64,000 bases of DNA from Eledone cirrhosa (Eukaryota), in NCBI GenBank assembly GCA_964016885.1, contig OZ024754.1, positions 34,348,001 through 34,412,000 of the forward strand. The letters are read 5' to 3'. The notes beneath the pieces were generated by a model. It was given only the letters and a program-made list of their open reading frames with translations. It had not been told where the DNA came from and did no database searches. Position numbers and translations under genes: made by a program. Below are positions 1-50,546 of this stretch, piece by piece; position 1 is the first letter of the stretch, and every line of letters starts with the position of its first letter.

Positions 1-2040
1 TTTGATTAAACCTTTCATGGCCATAGTTCTTATGAAAGATGATGTATTTCAATTAATTCTAAAAAATTTGGAAGGATTTACCAAACATAGTAATAACCTG
101 ATTAAGACCATATTTGTTAACAGAATAAAAGGTTCTTATATTAAATTATGTTGGAAGGTTTTAAGTAAAATAGGAACCCTTTAAAATAGGTAGCATTGTT
201 TTGAAGAAACCTTTGGTAGGTTGGTATTAAAAGAGTTATGTTTCAAATACCAACTTAATAATAAGAGTGTTATATAACAAAATTCTTCCAAAATTCTTCA
301 ATTAAAAGAATTAATTGAAAATCCTAGGCAGTGTCTTGCATTAGAAATATGGTAATGACATGGTTAAAGATACATAGCAATAGTTCATTTTTTACTTAAT
401 TTTGTTGTTCTTGCCAATTATATTTCTCATTTAATTTAATGTTTTAATCATACATACAAACCAATAGTTAGGAATTCATTTTTGGTGGTAAAACATTTTT
501 TTTTTACTATTATTGCCAAGTGACTGACTCAACTCAGCTGAACTGTATCCCTTAATTCCTAATACTAACTACAAAATCATTAACCCTTATTTACATTACT
601 CTATATTTACTATTATATTTTCACGAAAGGCTTTAGTTCACACAATTATCTCAAATAATATCGAATCTATGAGGTTTTGATATTATTTATTTTGAAAACA
701 ACACCTTAACATAAGTATGAGTGGCCAGTTACAGCTGGTTTGAACAGAAAGAGGTGAGAGAATTCTGGCCAGATATGGCCAGTTTAAATGCTAAAGGGTT
801 AAATGGTTTATAACACTAACTGCAATATCATTAAGTGGTTCATTTGGAAGAGTTCTGTATATTTGTTTTGGGTTCCTACATTCTAAATTCACATACCAGC
901 TTGGTCCACTGTCTTTCATACTACAACAGTTGATACAGCAAGGTGAAGTCTTCTCCTCTCTTTGTCTAGCAATCACACCCTTGATGTTTGGCTGAATCAA
1001 GAGAAGGAGGGTCGAGAGAGAGAGAGAGAGAGAGTCTGTGTTTGTTCAAAGCTGCATGGAAGTCTAAAACCCTTAGTGAAAGTATGTTGTTGTTGTGTCT
1101 CTGCAGACATCATAGGTTTAGCTAGCACGTGGTTGCATCACATAGGAGAGTGTGTTGTTGTTGTTTTTTTGCATGTATGTGTATTTTAATTAGTTTTATT
1201 ATGCCTCAGAGTAAGTAATGAGTTGAAATAAACCGAGTGTTGAGATAAAAACATTTTAAAACATCTACAAGAAACTATGTGGTGATGGAAAAACAACTGA
1301 CATTGCTTTTCACCTCTCTAAGATCAATAATTTACCAGTAATACACTGAAGTTAAGTCAATCAACTATGTGGCACCTAGATATTTACCACCCTAGGCTAG
1401 CTCTATAATGTACAACCATTTCTCTCAGTTGTGCACTCCATTCTCCCAAATAAAACAATTTGCTAAGTTTTTAACACTTCTTGCTCTTACCAGACTAGAA
1501 AAATTACTAAGACTGCAATTTCTACTACATAGTCCACACCAAACCATGTGACAGGTCATAACCTTCTATATATGTATATGACCTTTTCCAATACTTTGGA
1601 TATTCCACAACAATGCCAAGCAGCATAGATATTTAGTGATTTATTGTAGGAAATTGTTATATATTTAATTTAATTATACAAATTTGTATAAAAATGTGAT
1701 CCTATAACTCTTAACATCCTGTACCACATAAAACCACATTAACAAGACATTCTTCAAAATTACAAAACATTATCACATTAAAAATTATAATCTTTACTTC
1801 AATTAACTGCAACTTTTTGACAACAATCTGTCCACTAGCAAAATATACTACAAACATTTGAATCAACAAACTTTTTTTTTTGTATATTTTCAGCTAAATC
1901 CTGACAGGATGTTAAGAGTTAAGGTTCAGTAATGCATTTCTCTTAAGTCTACACCCTAGGTAGCCTTAAGGGTAGTGTATATCTAAACACCAGCAAACTG
2001 TTCTTACAAAACTTCCCTGAAGTCTACACCCTAAGTGGCC

Positions 2041-2268
2041 TTAACCCTTTAGCATTTACACTATTCTATATTTACTATTGTATTTTTGTGGTAAAGGCTT
2101 TATCTTATATAATTATGTCACACAATATCGAATCTATGAGATTTTGATATTATTTACTTTGAGAACAATACCTTAACATCAGTATGAGTGGTCGGTTACA
2201 GCCAGTTTGAACAGAAAGAGGTGAGAGAATTCTGGCTGGATATGACTGGTTTAAATGCTAAAGGGTTA
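2041..2268. mobile_element. TTAA-flanked (piggyBac-like) MITE; copies at 580-802, 15837-16086, 32564-33127 (SINE-interrupted), 39525-39742, 52690-52903
   Basis: TIR CCCTTTAGCATTTA / TAAATGCTAAAGGG bounded by TTAA; shared internal sequence across copies. Confidence 0.85.
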
Positions 2269-3543
2269 GGGTAGTGCTGGCCATGTGTGTATATCTAAAC
2301 ACCAGTAAACTGTTATTACAAAACTTCCCTGAAGTCTACACCCTAGGTAGCCATAAGGGTAGTGCTAGCCATGTGTGTATATCTAAACACCAGTAAACTA
2401 TTAAAAAAAAAAAAGGAAAAAAAAAAGAAGCATGTGCTTAAGAAGAAATTAATAGAGAGAAAAAAAAAAAAAATCATTTGAAAACCGAGAAAATGAAAAA
2501 CCCACATTATAAATATCCACCACCAATATATGATGAAATAATGTTAGAAGAGAGAAGACAGAAGATAGATGATAGAAAATATAGGGTTAAAATTAGAGAA
2601 AGGCATTTAATAAAGCAGAGTTGTTTTGATGTTTAACAATAATATATAGATGTAGAGTTAATGTATACATGTAGAGTAGTCATTTAACACAAATATATTT
2701 GTGTACATATAAATATATGTGTGTGTGTGTGTATATCATCATCATCACTGTTTTCCTAGGTCTTCCTCTTCCAAACATTCTTTTGACACTCAGCATTTCA
2801 TTACGCAGCTGTCATCCTTATATGTCCATATCAGTATCCTCTCCTGCACACTGCACCGTGTGTGTGTGTGTATAATTATGATGACGATGAATGCAAGAGT
2901 TGTGTGACAACCACTTTGTGCTAGATTTGTTTTCGAAATATAATTTGAAATCTTCCTCCCTCTCCCTCTCTCTGTCTCTTGTGTTGACAAGATGGTCAAC
3001 AGTGGGAACAACAGCTATCTATAGCTAACTACCTATATATCTATCTTCGGACAATAAAAATAACATCTATCTAAGTGCCTGTTGTGTTTGTCAATCTATC
3101 TTTGTATTTAATCTATCAATCTACTTATTTACCTGTCTATCTAATTATCAATCTATTCATGTACCTACCTATAACTCTATGTCTGTCAGTCTGACTGTCA
3201 ATCTATATTTACATTTATGTATCAATATTTGCATAAGAAGAAGAACAACAACAACTACAAAGCACAAATTTCCAAAGCAGCAAGCTGAAGACAGACATAG
3301 ATAAAATCAAATCATTATAATTTAATGGATATATGTTTGATAATGATTAAAGAAAATATGGAAGAAAATTACTGTAATTGATTTAAATGGATGTTAAATG
3401 AAATATGGTGATGACCAAAGTGACAAGAGGGAGAAGGTCAAGGAAAATTGAAGATTTAAGCATATTTAGATAGAATGTTGTAATCAAGGAATTATTACAT
3501 TAAATATTTTCACTATGAACTGTCATTTATTATGGGTACAATG

Positions 3544-3599
<56 letters not shown>

Positions 3600-3602
<3 letters not shown>

Positions 3603-4180
3603 TAGCTAAACTACCCGTCCTTTGGACGGTTCATGTAGCTTTCGATGTAGCTCATTAAACTAAACAAAGTAAATTTGAATACATAGAAGAAAAACGTACT
3701 TTATGTAAACATGAAAACCTTAGGCAGTATTCCAGAGAAATGATATTGTTATTATCTTTGTTTCGAGTAGTATAAATTGCTGGTTGTGAAGTTATTATCT
3801 TTGTTTCAAGTAGAAGGTTATAGATTGCTGGTTGTGAAATATACGAAATGATATTGTTATTATCTTTGTTTCAAGTAGAAGAGTAAATTAAAACCCGAGT
3901 GAGGCTAATTACGAAAGATAACTCTTGTGTTACTTAATCACGAAAATCCACACAAATAACCGAAACTTTTTTAATGTCTCCAAAGGCCCCAATATCGATT
4001 TTTAAAAACCTTTGTAGATCATGTACAGATGTTGTGCAAGGAGAAGCTCTGTAAAAAAATTTCAAAGAAATCGCATGAATGGTTTAGAATATATATATGA
4101 GCCCTCATTAAAAAAGCTTGACACACATATACACATACACACATACACACATACATACAGAAATTTTCAGATTTATATAT
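3600..4180 (+). mobile_element. Possible Helentron-associated (HINE/DINE-like) non-autonomous element
   Basis: Starts TACTAGC with hairpin CCGTCC-TTT-GGACGG; internal short tandem repeats; CA/CATA microsatellite near the 3' end; inserted in (TA)n. Confidence 0.45.
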
Positions 4181-4548
4181 ATACAGATATATATATATAT
4201 ACACACATATATATATATATATATAAACCCCAAAAGAATGCAAACCTTTGATACCAGTAATTAGTATCAATCACCAACTACCAATTTTGGTAATAAGCAT
4301 CCGGATACCTTGATTTCTTTCATTAGTGGTATGGTTCGGTCTGGGCTAAATATATCTCACACTGCTCAAAAATACTAGTCATCTGCTCTCGGAAGAATTT
4401 TTGAAAAGGTTCTCCACGTGGGTGTTAAAATAACGTTTAACACACAAACAGAAAAAGTGAGTCGTATTCCTCTGGAGTTTCAACTGTTTATCACAGGGCC
4501 ATCAGACAAGAACTAACATTTCAATGGCAAACACGGTATATATAAGGA

Positions 4549-4589
<41 letters not shown>

Positions 4590-5577
4590 TCAAAATGACT
4601 TGTAGAATTCACTCTGATCTGACTATCTGCACACTGAGGTTGAATCTCTTGCTGAGGTCAACTATGACAATCATCCTTTGAGACATCGTATAATAACGTA
4701 CCAGTCAAGGACGGGAAGATGGTGAAATTGTTAGAGTTTTGGGCTTACTACAGTCTGAGTTCAAATCACACTGGATTTAATCTGTCACCCAGTTTAAGAC
4801 AACCACTGGGCTCTTGGGTGGTATATTTAATATGTCCCCCAATTTAACACCATCAGCTGGCCCCTGGGTGGTCAATTTAATATGTCAATTTAATACAACA
4901 ACATAGCTCTTAGGTAGCTTTAGCAGGGTTCCTTCTGTTGCCAACATTCAGGCCAGATCTCCAGTTTAAATATACCTTCCTCTCCTTATCCCACCTGTCT
5001 AGATATCCATGGACACTACCTATCCCACTGTCCTTGTCTAAAAAGAGTGATTCCAAATCAATGTAATGACTTAGATTAGGCTGGCTGAAATAAAAAAAAA
5101 AAAAATGAAATACACAGCTCAAACCTAAGCAGGTTTAGCTGGCCTCCTATGAGGTATCTCATAGGAGGTTTCTCAGGTCTTTTAATGGCAAAGGCTCTAG
5201 TCCTATCATGTTGCTACAGTTCCAACTAACCAAGTTTAGCCAGCCTCCTACGAGGTTGTTACAGCTCAAACCTAAGCAGGTTTAGCTGGCTTCTTATGAG
5301 GTAGTATCTCATAAAAAGTTTCTTGAATATTTTAACGACACTACATAGAATTTTCAAATAACTTTGAAAATAATCAAGAATTTGGAGAATTTAGTAAAAT
5401 AACTGATTTTCTAATTAAGCTTGGCAGATGGCGCAAGAGAGAGAGAGAGAGAGTTGAATCACTAGCCTGGTAGTGAATAAGGTAGATAAGTGGATAGAAA
5501 GGTGGAGAAAAAAGACAGATAGATGGGTAGAGCGGTAGATAGCTAGCTATATATACAGACAGATAGATAGACAGGTG

Positions 5578-5623
<46 letters not shown>

Positions 5624-6725
5624 AAGATAAATAGAAACCAATGCGTTGTATGTATGCTTGTATCTATCTATTTGTATACACACACATGTGGGTTCTGTAA
5701 GCATGTGTAGAAAATACAAAGAATTTAGAAATAAACTTAAGATAAAATAATATATAGCAAAAAGACAGACAATACGACATAGAATGAGGAGGGGGGTACT
5801 TGATATAACATTTAGCTACATTCTCTCTAAATTTTAATCCATGCAAATATGAAAGAATAGATAATAAATATATTTCGAGGTGGGGTGTATGCATGAGTGT
5901 GTAAGTGTGGCTGTATGTATGTGTATATGTGTGTATGTATGTATGTAAATATCTATGTATATGTGTGTCTATGTATATGTATTTATATATGTGTGTATGT
6001 GTATATTTATGTGTATATATGTATATAAGTATTTATGTATCATCATTATCATCGTCAACGTTTAACGTCCATTTGTCCATGCTTGCATGGGTCAGAGGAT
6101 TGGCCCGCGTTGAAAGATAGGACTGCCAAATAAGGGCCGTGTCGTACCTTGCTCGAAGTGACTGCAAATTTGGCTGGGTATTTTACAGCTGGATGCCCTT
6201 CCTAATACCAACCACATCTACAGTGTCAGACTTGATGGCACCATTATTGGGAGGGACAGACCAGTTTGTCACATCGAACCATTCTCACAGCGGAACCATA
6301 GTTTGGGACCTACACCCACAATTACAGTGTGCAACTGGCTGTCACTGCTATAAGGAGGGGCAGGCCAGTTGGCCGCGCCAAACTCCTCACACAGCGAATC
6401 CACATTTACAGCGTGGAACTGGGTGGCACTGTTACGAGGAGCGACAGGCCAGTTGGCTGCGCTGGACCATTCCCATAGCAGAACCACAGCTTGGGAGCTT
6501 GGAACTGGATGGTGCTGATATGAAGAGGGACAGGCCATGAGGCCACACCAAACCCTTCTCACAGTGGTATCACAGTTTGGAAGCTGCAACCACATTTACA
6601 GCGTGAAACTGGATGGGACCGCAATGTGGAGGGAGAGGACAGTTGGCTGTGCTGAACCCTTCTCACAGAGGAACCACAACCACGTTTACAGTGTGGAACT
6701 GGATGGATGGATATATATATATATA

Positions 6726-6804
<79 letters not shown>

Positions 6805-6850
6805 GAAAGGTATAGAAAACATTGTAGCGAAAAGCCAACAGTATTCCATA

Positions 6851-6881
<31 letters not shown>

Positions 6882-7309
6882 TGCATATATATCTATCCAT
6901 CCATCCACACACACACACATATCATCATCATCATCATTTTACATCCGCTCTTCCCTGCTTGCAAGGGTGGGACGGGTCTTATTCAGCACAGCATCTCTCC
7001 ACTTGTCACGGTCCTTCGTCATCTCCACCGTGAGCTTCAGCGATCTGAGGTCTGTTCTCACCACCTCCGCCCATGTTTTTCGTGGTCTACCTCTACCATA
7101 TATATATATATATATATATATACGTGTGTGTGTACATTCAAATACATATATTAGTAGACAGGTTGTAAAAAAATTGTAGCGTTAGAGGTAAATACAATCT
7201 TAGTATGAAGAAGACCTTGGAATGCAACAGCTCGTCTAACCCATGCAAGAATGGAAAATAGACGTAAAATAATTGTATATATATATATATATATATATAT
7301 ACAAACATA

Positions 7310-7361
<52 letters not shown>

Positions 7362-7364
7362 CAA

Positions 7365-7422
<58 letters not shown>

Positions 7423-8366
7423 ATGTGGAAGTATATATGTGCCTGTGTGTATGTATGTATGTGTTTATGCATGTGTGTATGTCAAAAGCTTCCAACATAA
7501 TCTTATATGAGGACTATATGTTAAGTAATGCTCCAAATGCCAACTTGACATTTTTTATGCCAGCCAGCTCCAAAATACCTCTAGTTCTATGAAATATAAC
7601 CACCTAAAGGGTTTCTATTTAAATTGAAATCGTCCAACATAATTTGATATAGGAACCTGTTGTTAAGTTATGCCACACATACCATTTTGATAATGAAATA
7701 ACAAATTTAGTAAATCCTTCATTAATTAATTCAAATGCAAAGTATTTCATTTCAAAAATATGATAACGAAAGGACTAATAATGAGAAAGTTAGTTATATT
7801 ATTAAATTGATCCAAATTGTTAGTTATTTTCAAAATTATTTGAAAAATATTGGCAGTCTTTCATCAGAAATCAACATCACCACTTAGCATCTACTTTTCC
7901 ACACTTGCATGGGTTAGACGAGTAGTCAACATCAGGACTGTGAATTTGGCTGGGGATTTTACAACTGGATGCCCTTCCTAACACCAACTACATTTACAGT
8001 GATGCTAGTAAAATGTTTAACATTGAAGAACAGATAAATAGTTGTTTACAGCTTGAAGGCTGTTGTAACTATGTTGAATAATGCCTTACAAATCACTCAC
8101 TTCCAGAGTAGTAAAGGTACTACACCCTGACAAAGCACATCTCTTTCTCTTTCCAAACTAATGATACAAATGAGCCAATGAGGGAACCACTATGTGCTTA
8201 CACAACCTAATAGAAATAGTGAAATCCCCCTCAAAAGGACATGTTAGATAGTGTAGTCCTAGATGGGATCAGAGACATTGGATATATATGTATTTTTATG
8301 CAGGTGTGTGTATGTGTGTGTGTATAAATTCATATTTGTACAATGTGTTTATATGTGATTGTGTGT

Positions 8367-8712
8367 GGAGGCACATGGCTTAGTGGTTAGAGCATTGGCC
8401 TTGCAATCGCAAGGTTGTGAGTTCAATTCTCAGCCTGGGTGATGTGTTGTTTCCTTGAGCAAGACACTTTATTTCACATTGCTCCAGTTTACTCAGCTGT
8501 AGAAATGAGGTGATAGGGACTGGGGTCCATATCATATCCACTGCAAAGTGGTCGTGGAGGTGCCACGGCATAAAAGCACCCAGCACTCACTGTAAATGAG
8601 GTTGGTGTTAGGAAGGGCATCCAGCTGTAGAAATCAAGCCAAAATCAGTTCCCGTCCCACCCTTGCAAGCAGGGAAAAGCGGACGTAAAATGATGATGAT
8701 GAAATGATGATG
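8367..8712 (+). mobile_element. tRNA-derived SINE family A with RTE-type tail; copies at 16962-17301(-), 25216-25511(+), 32588-32933(+), 41879-42155(-, truncated), 57933-58265(+)
   Basis: A box TGGCTTAGTGG, B box GAGTTCAATTC, central CCTTGAGCAAGACACTT, 3' GCAAGCAGGGAAAAGCGGACGTAAAA(TGA)n; copies are highly similar. Confidence 0.9.
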
Positions 8713-9065
8713 TGTGTCTCTGTGAGGTGTGTGTGTGCATGAGTCATAGAGACTGCAACTGTATATTTGTTAATTGATATGTAGGTAAAGAACTTCATAA
8801 AAATTATCGAGAATTGAAGTCATTTAAGTTTATCAAATACAAATAAATAAAATCCTTTCTATATTTTCAACATCTGAGCAATGCTGGTTTCCAATGATAG
8901 TATATAATATAATATATAGTGTTATGAATATAATTTATACAGAATATATGAAACAATTATATATATATATATATTCAAAAAATCAATGAGGAAAAACAAC
9001 ATAGGAGAATGATGCAGTACAATGATGATATATATTAGTTTAACACTTGATATACTAAGAAAATA

Positions 9066-9103
9066 GTCTTAACGTTTCGGACGTTAGTCCTTCATCAGTG
9101 ACA
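9066..9103 (-). ncRNA. Degenerate hammerhead ribozyme motif
   Basis: TGTCA CTGATGA A GGAC-TAAC-GTCC GAAAC GTTA AGAC: core and stem II intact, stem I imperfect. Confidence 0.55.
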
Positions 9104-9614
9104 TACACAGACAATATCAAGGAAAGAAATGATGTAAATAAAGAAAGGTGCAGAGAGAAAAATTGGGATGAAAATATTAATTAGAATACTTTGTCATTAT
9201 ACAAGCAATATGTACAGCTAGACATGTACTCACATGAGAATTGGTGGACTGAAAAATTCAAAGAAAACAAAAAGAAATGGAAAAGAAAAAAAAAAGAAGC
9301 ACAGAAAGGAATTAGAAATAAAACAATGGTAAGATGATGACAGCCAAATAAATAATAGACTTAGGAGCTGAAGATGATGTTATTTCCTGTCAAGTTCAAT
9401 TATTTTCATACCAAACTACATGAAACTGCCCCTGCTTCCTTGATACAAAACTGCTTACTTTAAAGTGTTTATATTTATCTAAAAACCTTCCATCATAATT
9501 TGAATCTTGGCTTTGTTTCAATGCTTGGGTCATAAGTTATTGCTTTTATTTTAGTATAAAATTACTGACAGGCTAAAAATTCATATATAGTTCTGGAGCT
9601 GTAGGTTCCCAACC

Positions 9615-10650
9615 CTTGATCTTCCCTCTCTTGAGCCAACTGAACATCCAGGGTGTGACAGCCAAAAGGAGAGGGGGCTGCTTGATCCTCTCTCTCTTGA
9701 GCCAACAGAACATCCAGGGTGTGACAGCCAAAAAGAGAGGGGGCTGCTTGATCCTCCCTCCCTTGAGCCAACAGAACATCCAGGGTGTGACAGCCAAAAG
9801 GAGAGGGGGCTGCTTGATCCTCTCTCTCTTGAGCCAACAGAACATCCAGGGTATGACAGCCAAAAGGAGAGGGGACTGCTTGATCCTCTCTCTCTTGAGC
9901 CAACAGCCAAAAAGAGAGGGGGCTGCTTGATCCTCTCTCTCTTAAGCCAACAGAACATCCAGGGTGTGACAGCCAAAAAGAGAGGGTGCTGCTTGATCCT
10001 CTCTCTCTCTTGAGCCAACAGAACATCCAGGGTGTAACAGCCAAAAGGAGAGGGGGCTGCTTGATCCTCTCTCTCTTAAGCCAACAGAACATCCAGGGTG
10101 TGACAGCCAAAAAGAGAGGGGGTTGCTTGATCCTCTCTCGAGCCAACAGAATATCCAGGATGTGACAGCCAAAAGGAGAGGGGGCTGCTTGATCCTCTCT
10201 CTCTTGAGCCAACAGAATATTCAGGATGTGACAGCCAAAAGGAGAGGGGGCTGCTTGATCCTCTTTCTCTTAAGTCAACAGAACATCCAGGGTGTGACAG
10301 CCAAAAAGAGAGGGGGCTGCTTGATCCTCTCTCTCTTGAGCCAACAGAATATTCAGGATGTGACAGCCAAAAGGAGAGGGGGGCTGCTTGATCCTCTCTC
10401 TCTTAAGTCAACAGAACATTCAGGATGTGACAGCCAAAAGGAGAGGGGGCTGCTTGATCCTCTCTCTCTTGAGCCAACAGAATATTCAGGATGTGACAGC
10501 CAAAAGGAGAGAGGGCTGCTTGATCCTCTCTCTCTTAAGTCAACAGAACATCCAGGGTGTGACAGCCAAAAAGAGAGGGGGCTGCTTGATCCTCTCTCTC
10601 TTAAGTCAACAGAACATCCAGGGTGTGATAGCCAAAAAGAGAGGGGGTTG
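9615..10650. repeat. Minisatellite, 66-67-bp unit, about 16 copies
   Basis: CTTGATCCTCTCTCTCTTGAGCCAACAGAACATCCAGGGTGTGACAGCCAAAAGGAGAGGGGGCTG repeated directly. Confidence 0.97.
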
Positions 10651-10880
10651 CACTAGCAACAGAGCTGCAACATTATTGACCTCAAAAAGATGAAAGCAAA
10701 GTGGACCTCAGCAGCAGTAGAACCCTGATAACAGAGAGCCAGAACAAGTATCATATACTATCTCAGCTCTGCTAAATGGATAACTTTACAACAAATGTAT
10801 AAAATTGATTAAAGAAAAAAAAAAAGAATGTCATTGTTGTACATGATGTTGATAGTGATGATTATTGTAGAAATACTTAC

Positions 10881-48029
<37,149 letters not shown>

Positions 48030-48637
48030 TATCGTGGAATAAAAATGTAAACAACTATGACATGTTAAATTAGTAATCTAGAAGTCACCACGTCGACCAT
48101 ATTACTTTGGTTTCACTTCCTTTCAAGGCCAGTTTCCAGAGATGCCAGTCACTGACAATTATTACACACAGGGCTTCATACGAACAACTATAAAAAAATA
48201 AAATAACTTATAGAATGTTATAATTTCCATAGATAGATTTTTTAAACTTTATAAAACTGATGCAATAGAATTATATTTTTTTATGCTTTGAGAAAAAAAA
48301 AAGATAAGCGTACGTACGGAATTTTTCTTCTCCGTACAGAATTAATTCGAAAATTATTTATTAGTGTATCAAATATCTAGACGTTAATGACATATTATTA
48401 TTATTTTACAAGTCAAATAGTTTTGTTCTTATTTTAAAGGCAATTTTGTATAGAAATTTCCACGGGATGACTTTAAATGTCCCTGTGACTAACAAGTAAA
48501 AGTTAATCAAGAGTAGACAAGAAAGCCTCCTTCGTTTCAGTTTATCTTTCTCCTGTTTGTATAATGATCGCTCCCTGGGAGGCGGGGATTCTAAATGTTG
48601 GGACTTTCTTCTGAGAAGTTTTACCTGAGTTTTTACC
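48030..48637. promoter_or_regulatory. Probable bidirectional promoter and 5' UTR region between the RAB3GAP2 and putative XRCC3 start codons
   Basis: 608 bp between divergent ATGs, free of recognisable repeats, with a GGCGGG box near 48580. Confidence 0.5.
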
Positions 48638-48686
48638 ATGGATAAACTAGATTTACATCCCAGGATTATGATAGCATTGAAAAAAT
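48638..48686 (+). CDS. XRCC3: Probable first coding exon of DNA repair protein XRCC3 (RAD51 paralog)
   Basis: Strong Kozak ACCATGG; encodes MDKLDLHPRIMIALKK, then a phase-1 donor GTAAGT. Resembles the remembered human XRCC3 N-terminus MDLDLLDLNPRIIAAIKK. Only 16 codons; no second exon found in the window. Confidence 0.65.
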
Positions 48687-49479
48687 GTAAGTCATTTTTT
48701 TAAATTCCATTTTTCTTCTTTTTATGCGTTTATATTTATGTTTATCAACGACATATTTGTAATGTTCTTCTGAACGAAATGCGAGCAATTTATGTTATTT
48801 ATTTACATTTGTAATGTTATTTATGGATATATTTAAAACATATTTGAAATGTTATTTATTCCAATGCGATCATTGATAAAATATATAATCATTAGAAATA
48901 TTTATTCACAGTTGTATAAATAGCATTACAAATTGTTCACAATTCTTTCAGAATGAAAATATGGCACAAGGCCAGCAATTACTCCAGTGTATTACTGGTA
49001 CTTTATTTTATCGACCCCGTAAGGATGAAAAGTAAAGTTAACCTGGGCAGGATTTGAATTCAGAACGTAAAGGGCCATAACTCGGTTGTGGAGCATGGTA
49101 TCTGACTAACTATTGCTAGGAATCTCACAAATATAACTATTTTAATTTAAAATATTTCGAGTCATTTTTTTAATTCCATATATACTTTTTAATCCAAGTG
49201 AAGATGATACTTCAAATCATTTTATTAACATCTACTCACGTATCAATTTTAATGCCATCAAGTACCACTAACTTATCCTGTGGGATGTGCGGCCGATTGT
49301 CGCATTTGGTGGTGAATTGATGGTTGTTTTTGTTTTTGCTCCCCCCCCCCCTCCCTTTTTTTTCCTTTCTCTATTTGCAATGTTATTTATACAACTGTGA
49401 AGAAAGAATTATATATATATGGAAGATGGAAAATATAGAAAATATATTTCCTTATCAAAACATTTGATGATGATAGGTT

Positions 49480-49830
49480 GGGTCCCCACCGTGTATGCAC
49501 GTTGATGACGGATGTGACCGATCCGAGATTGGTAGATCTGCCTATAGCAGCCACAGGGAAATGTCTGTGTTGTGCTTCGCTCCACTCTGGCACAACCCTT
49601 TCACCGAGCTCTTCTCCAGGCTGACACGACGGTTTGTCTCAAATGTACTGTTAATCTGCCGGATGGTCCGGGGCCAAGCATTGCGGTCAGCAGCCTGGGT
49701 GGTCCACGATTTTAGCATGTCTTTTTCCCGCTTTCTGGCCGCACCATGATTTTGACAGCCAGAAAACAATTCTCTTGGCAGGTTTAGGCCTGCCATTCTG
49801 GAGACATGACCCGCCCAGGATAATACCTTG
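49480..49830 (-). mobile_element. RTE-like LINE C-terminal fragment; related decayed pieces at 24250-24990 and 35480-35640
   Basis: WAGHVSRM...LPRELF...AADRNAW; LLYADDC (RT motif) near 24355. Confidence 0.7.
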
Positions 49831-50480
49831 ATTCTTATGAAAATTTAAGATCGACTTTTACATGAGACATTTTCGGGAGAGTTTTACATGAATATATACA
49901 GTACTTATAAAAATGTTACCTCAAAAGTTTGTTTTAAAGGGGAGGTAACTCTAGTATAATATTTCACAGTATTCTCCCTTTATAGTAAATATTTGACTCC
50001 TTTTATATGTATAGATGTTTTTATAATAGTGATAAAGTGTGCAGTATTAATGTAGTGTCGTGAAGGCGTGTGGATTAGTGATTAAAGATCTTTGGCGACG
50101 TGTTGTGTCCTTGAATATAATACCTTATTTCGCATTGCTCCAGTCCACTTAGTTGATGAAAAAAATCAGTTGTACTCATAAATTAATAAAACCGGCTTTA
50201 TACCCTTGAAAATTAAGTTATGGGTTGACGCATCTATGAAATACTCAGCGTCATACTCGATAATTCACGTGCAAGCTGTTTCATTGTTCAAACAACTGGC
50301 TGGAATACACGTCGAAATCGACGGTGGTCCAAGACACAATTTAATGTCGATAGTCATGTCTAGTTACCCGAATGTAGGACGTGGTGAACCATTTTGACAA
50401 CACGTATCCCCATTGGTCATTATATATATATATATATACAATATATTAATAAATGGAAACTATATTTATAAAACCATAAT

Positions 50481-50546
50481 TATTTCATTATATATATTTC
50501 AGGGATATCATATTAAAAATATGGTATGCCTTCTTCAGACAAAATA
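50481..50546 (-). ncRNA. Mirror copy of the same hammerhead motif (left arm of palindrome)
   Basis: Reverse complement of 50684-50749. Confidence 0.6.

Noticed and set aside
4975-5085. Exon-like segment on the minus strand (good acceptor, AAG|GTATAT donor)
   Set aside because: The peptide does not match the expected next RAB3GAP2 region, and the sequence looks like a retroelement fragment.
8367-8440. tRNA-like sequence with A and B boxes
   Set aside because: It is the head of a multi-copy SINE, not a tRNA gene.
9562-10693. Repetitive ORFs and a CRISPR-like periodic array
   Set aside because: Head-to-tail 66-bp units with no unique spacers and no cas genes, in a eukaryotic intron.
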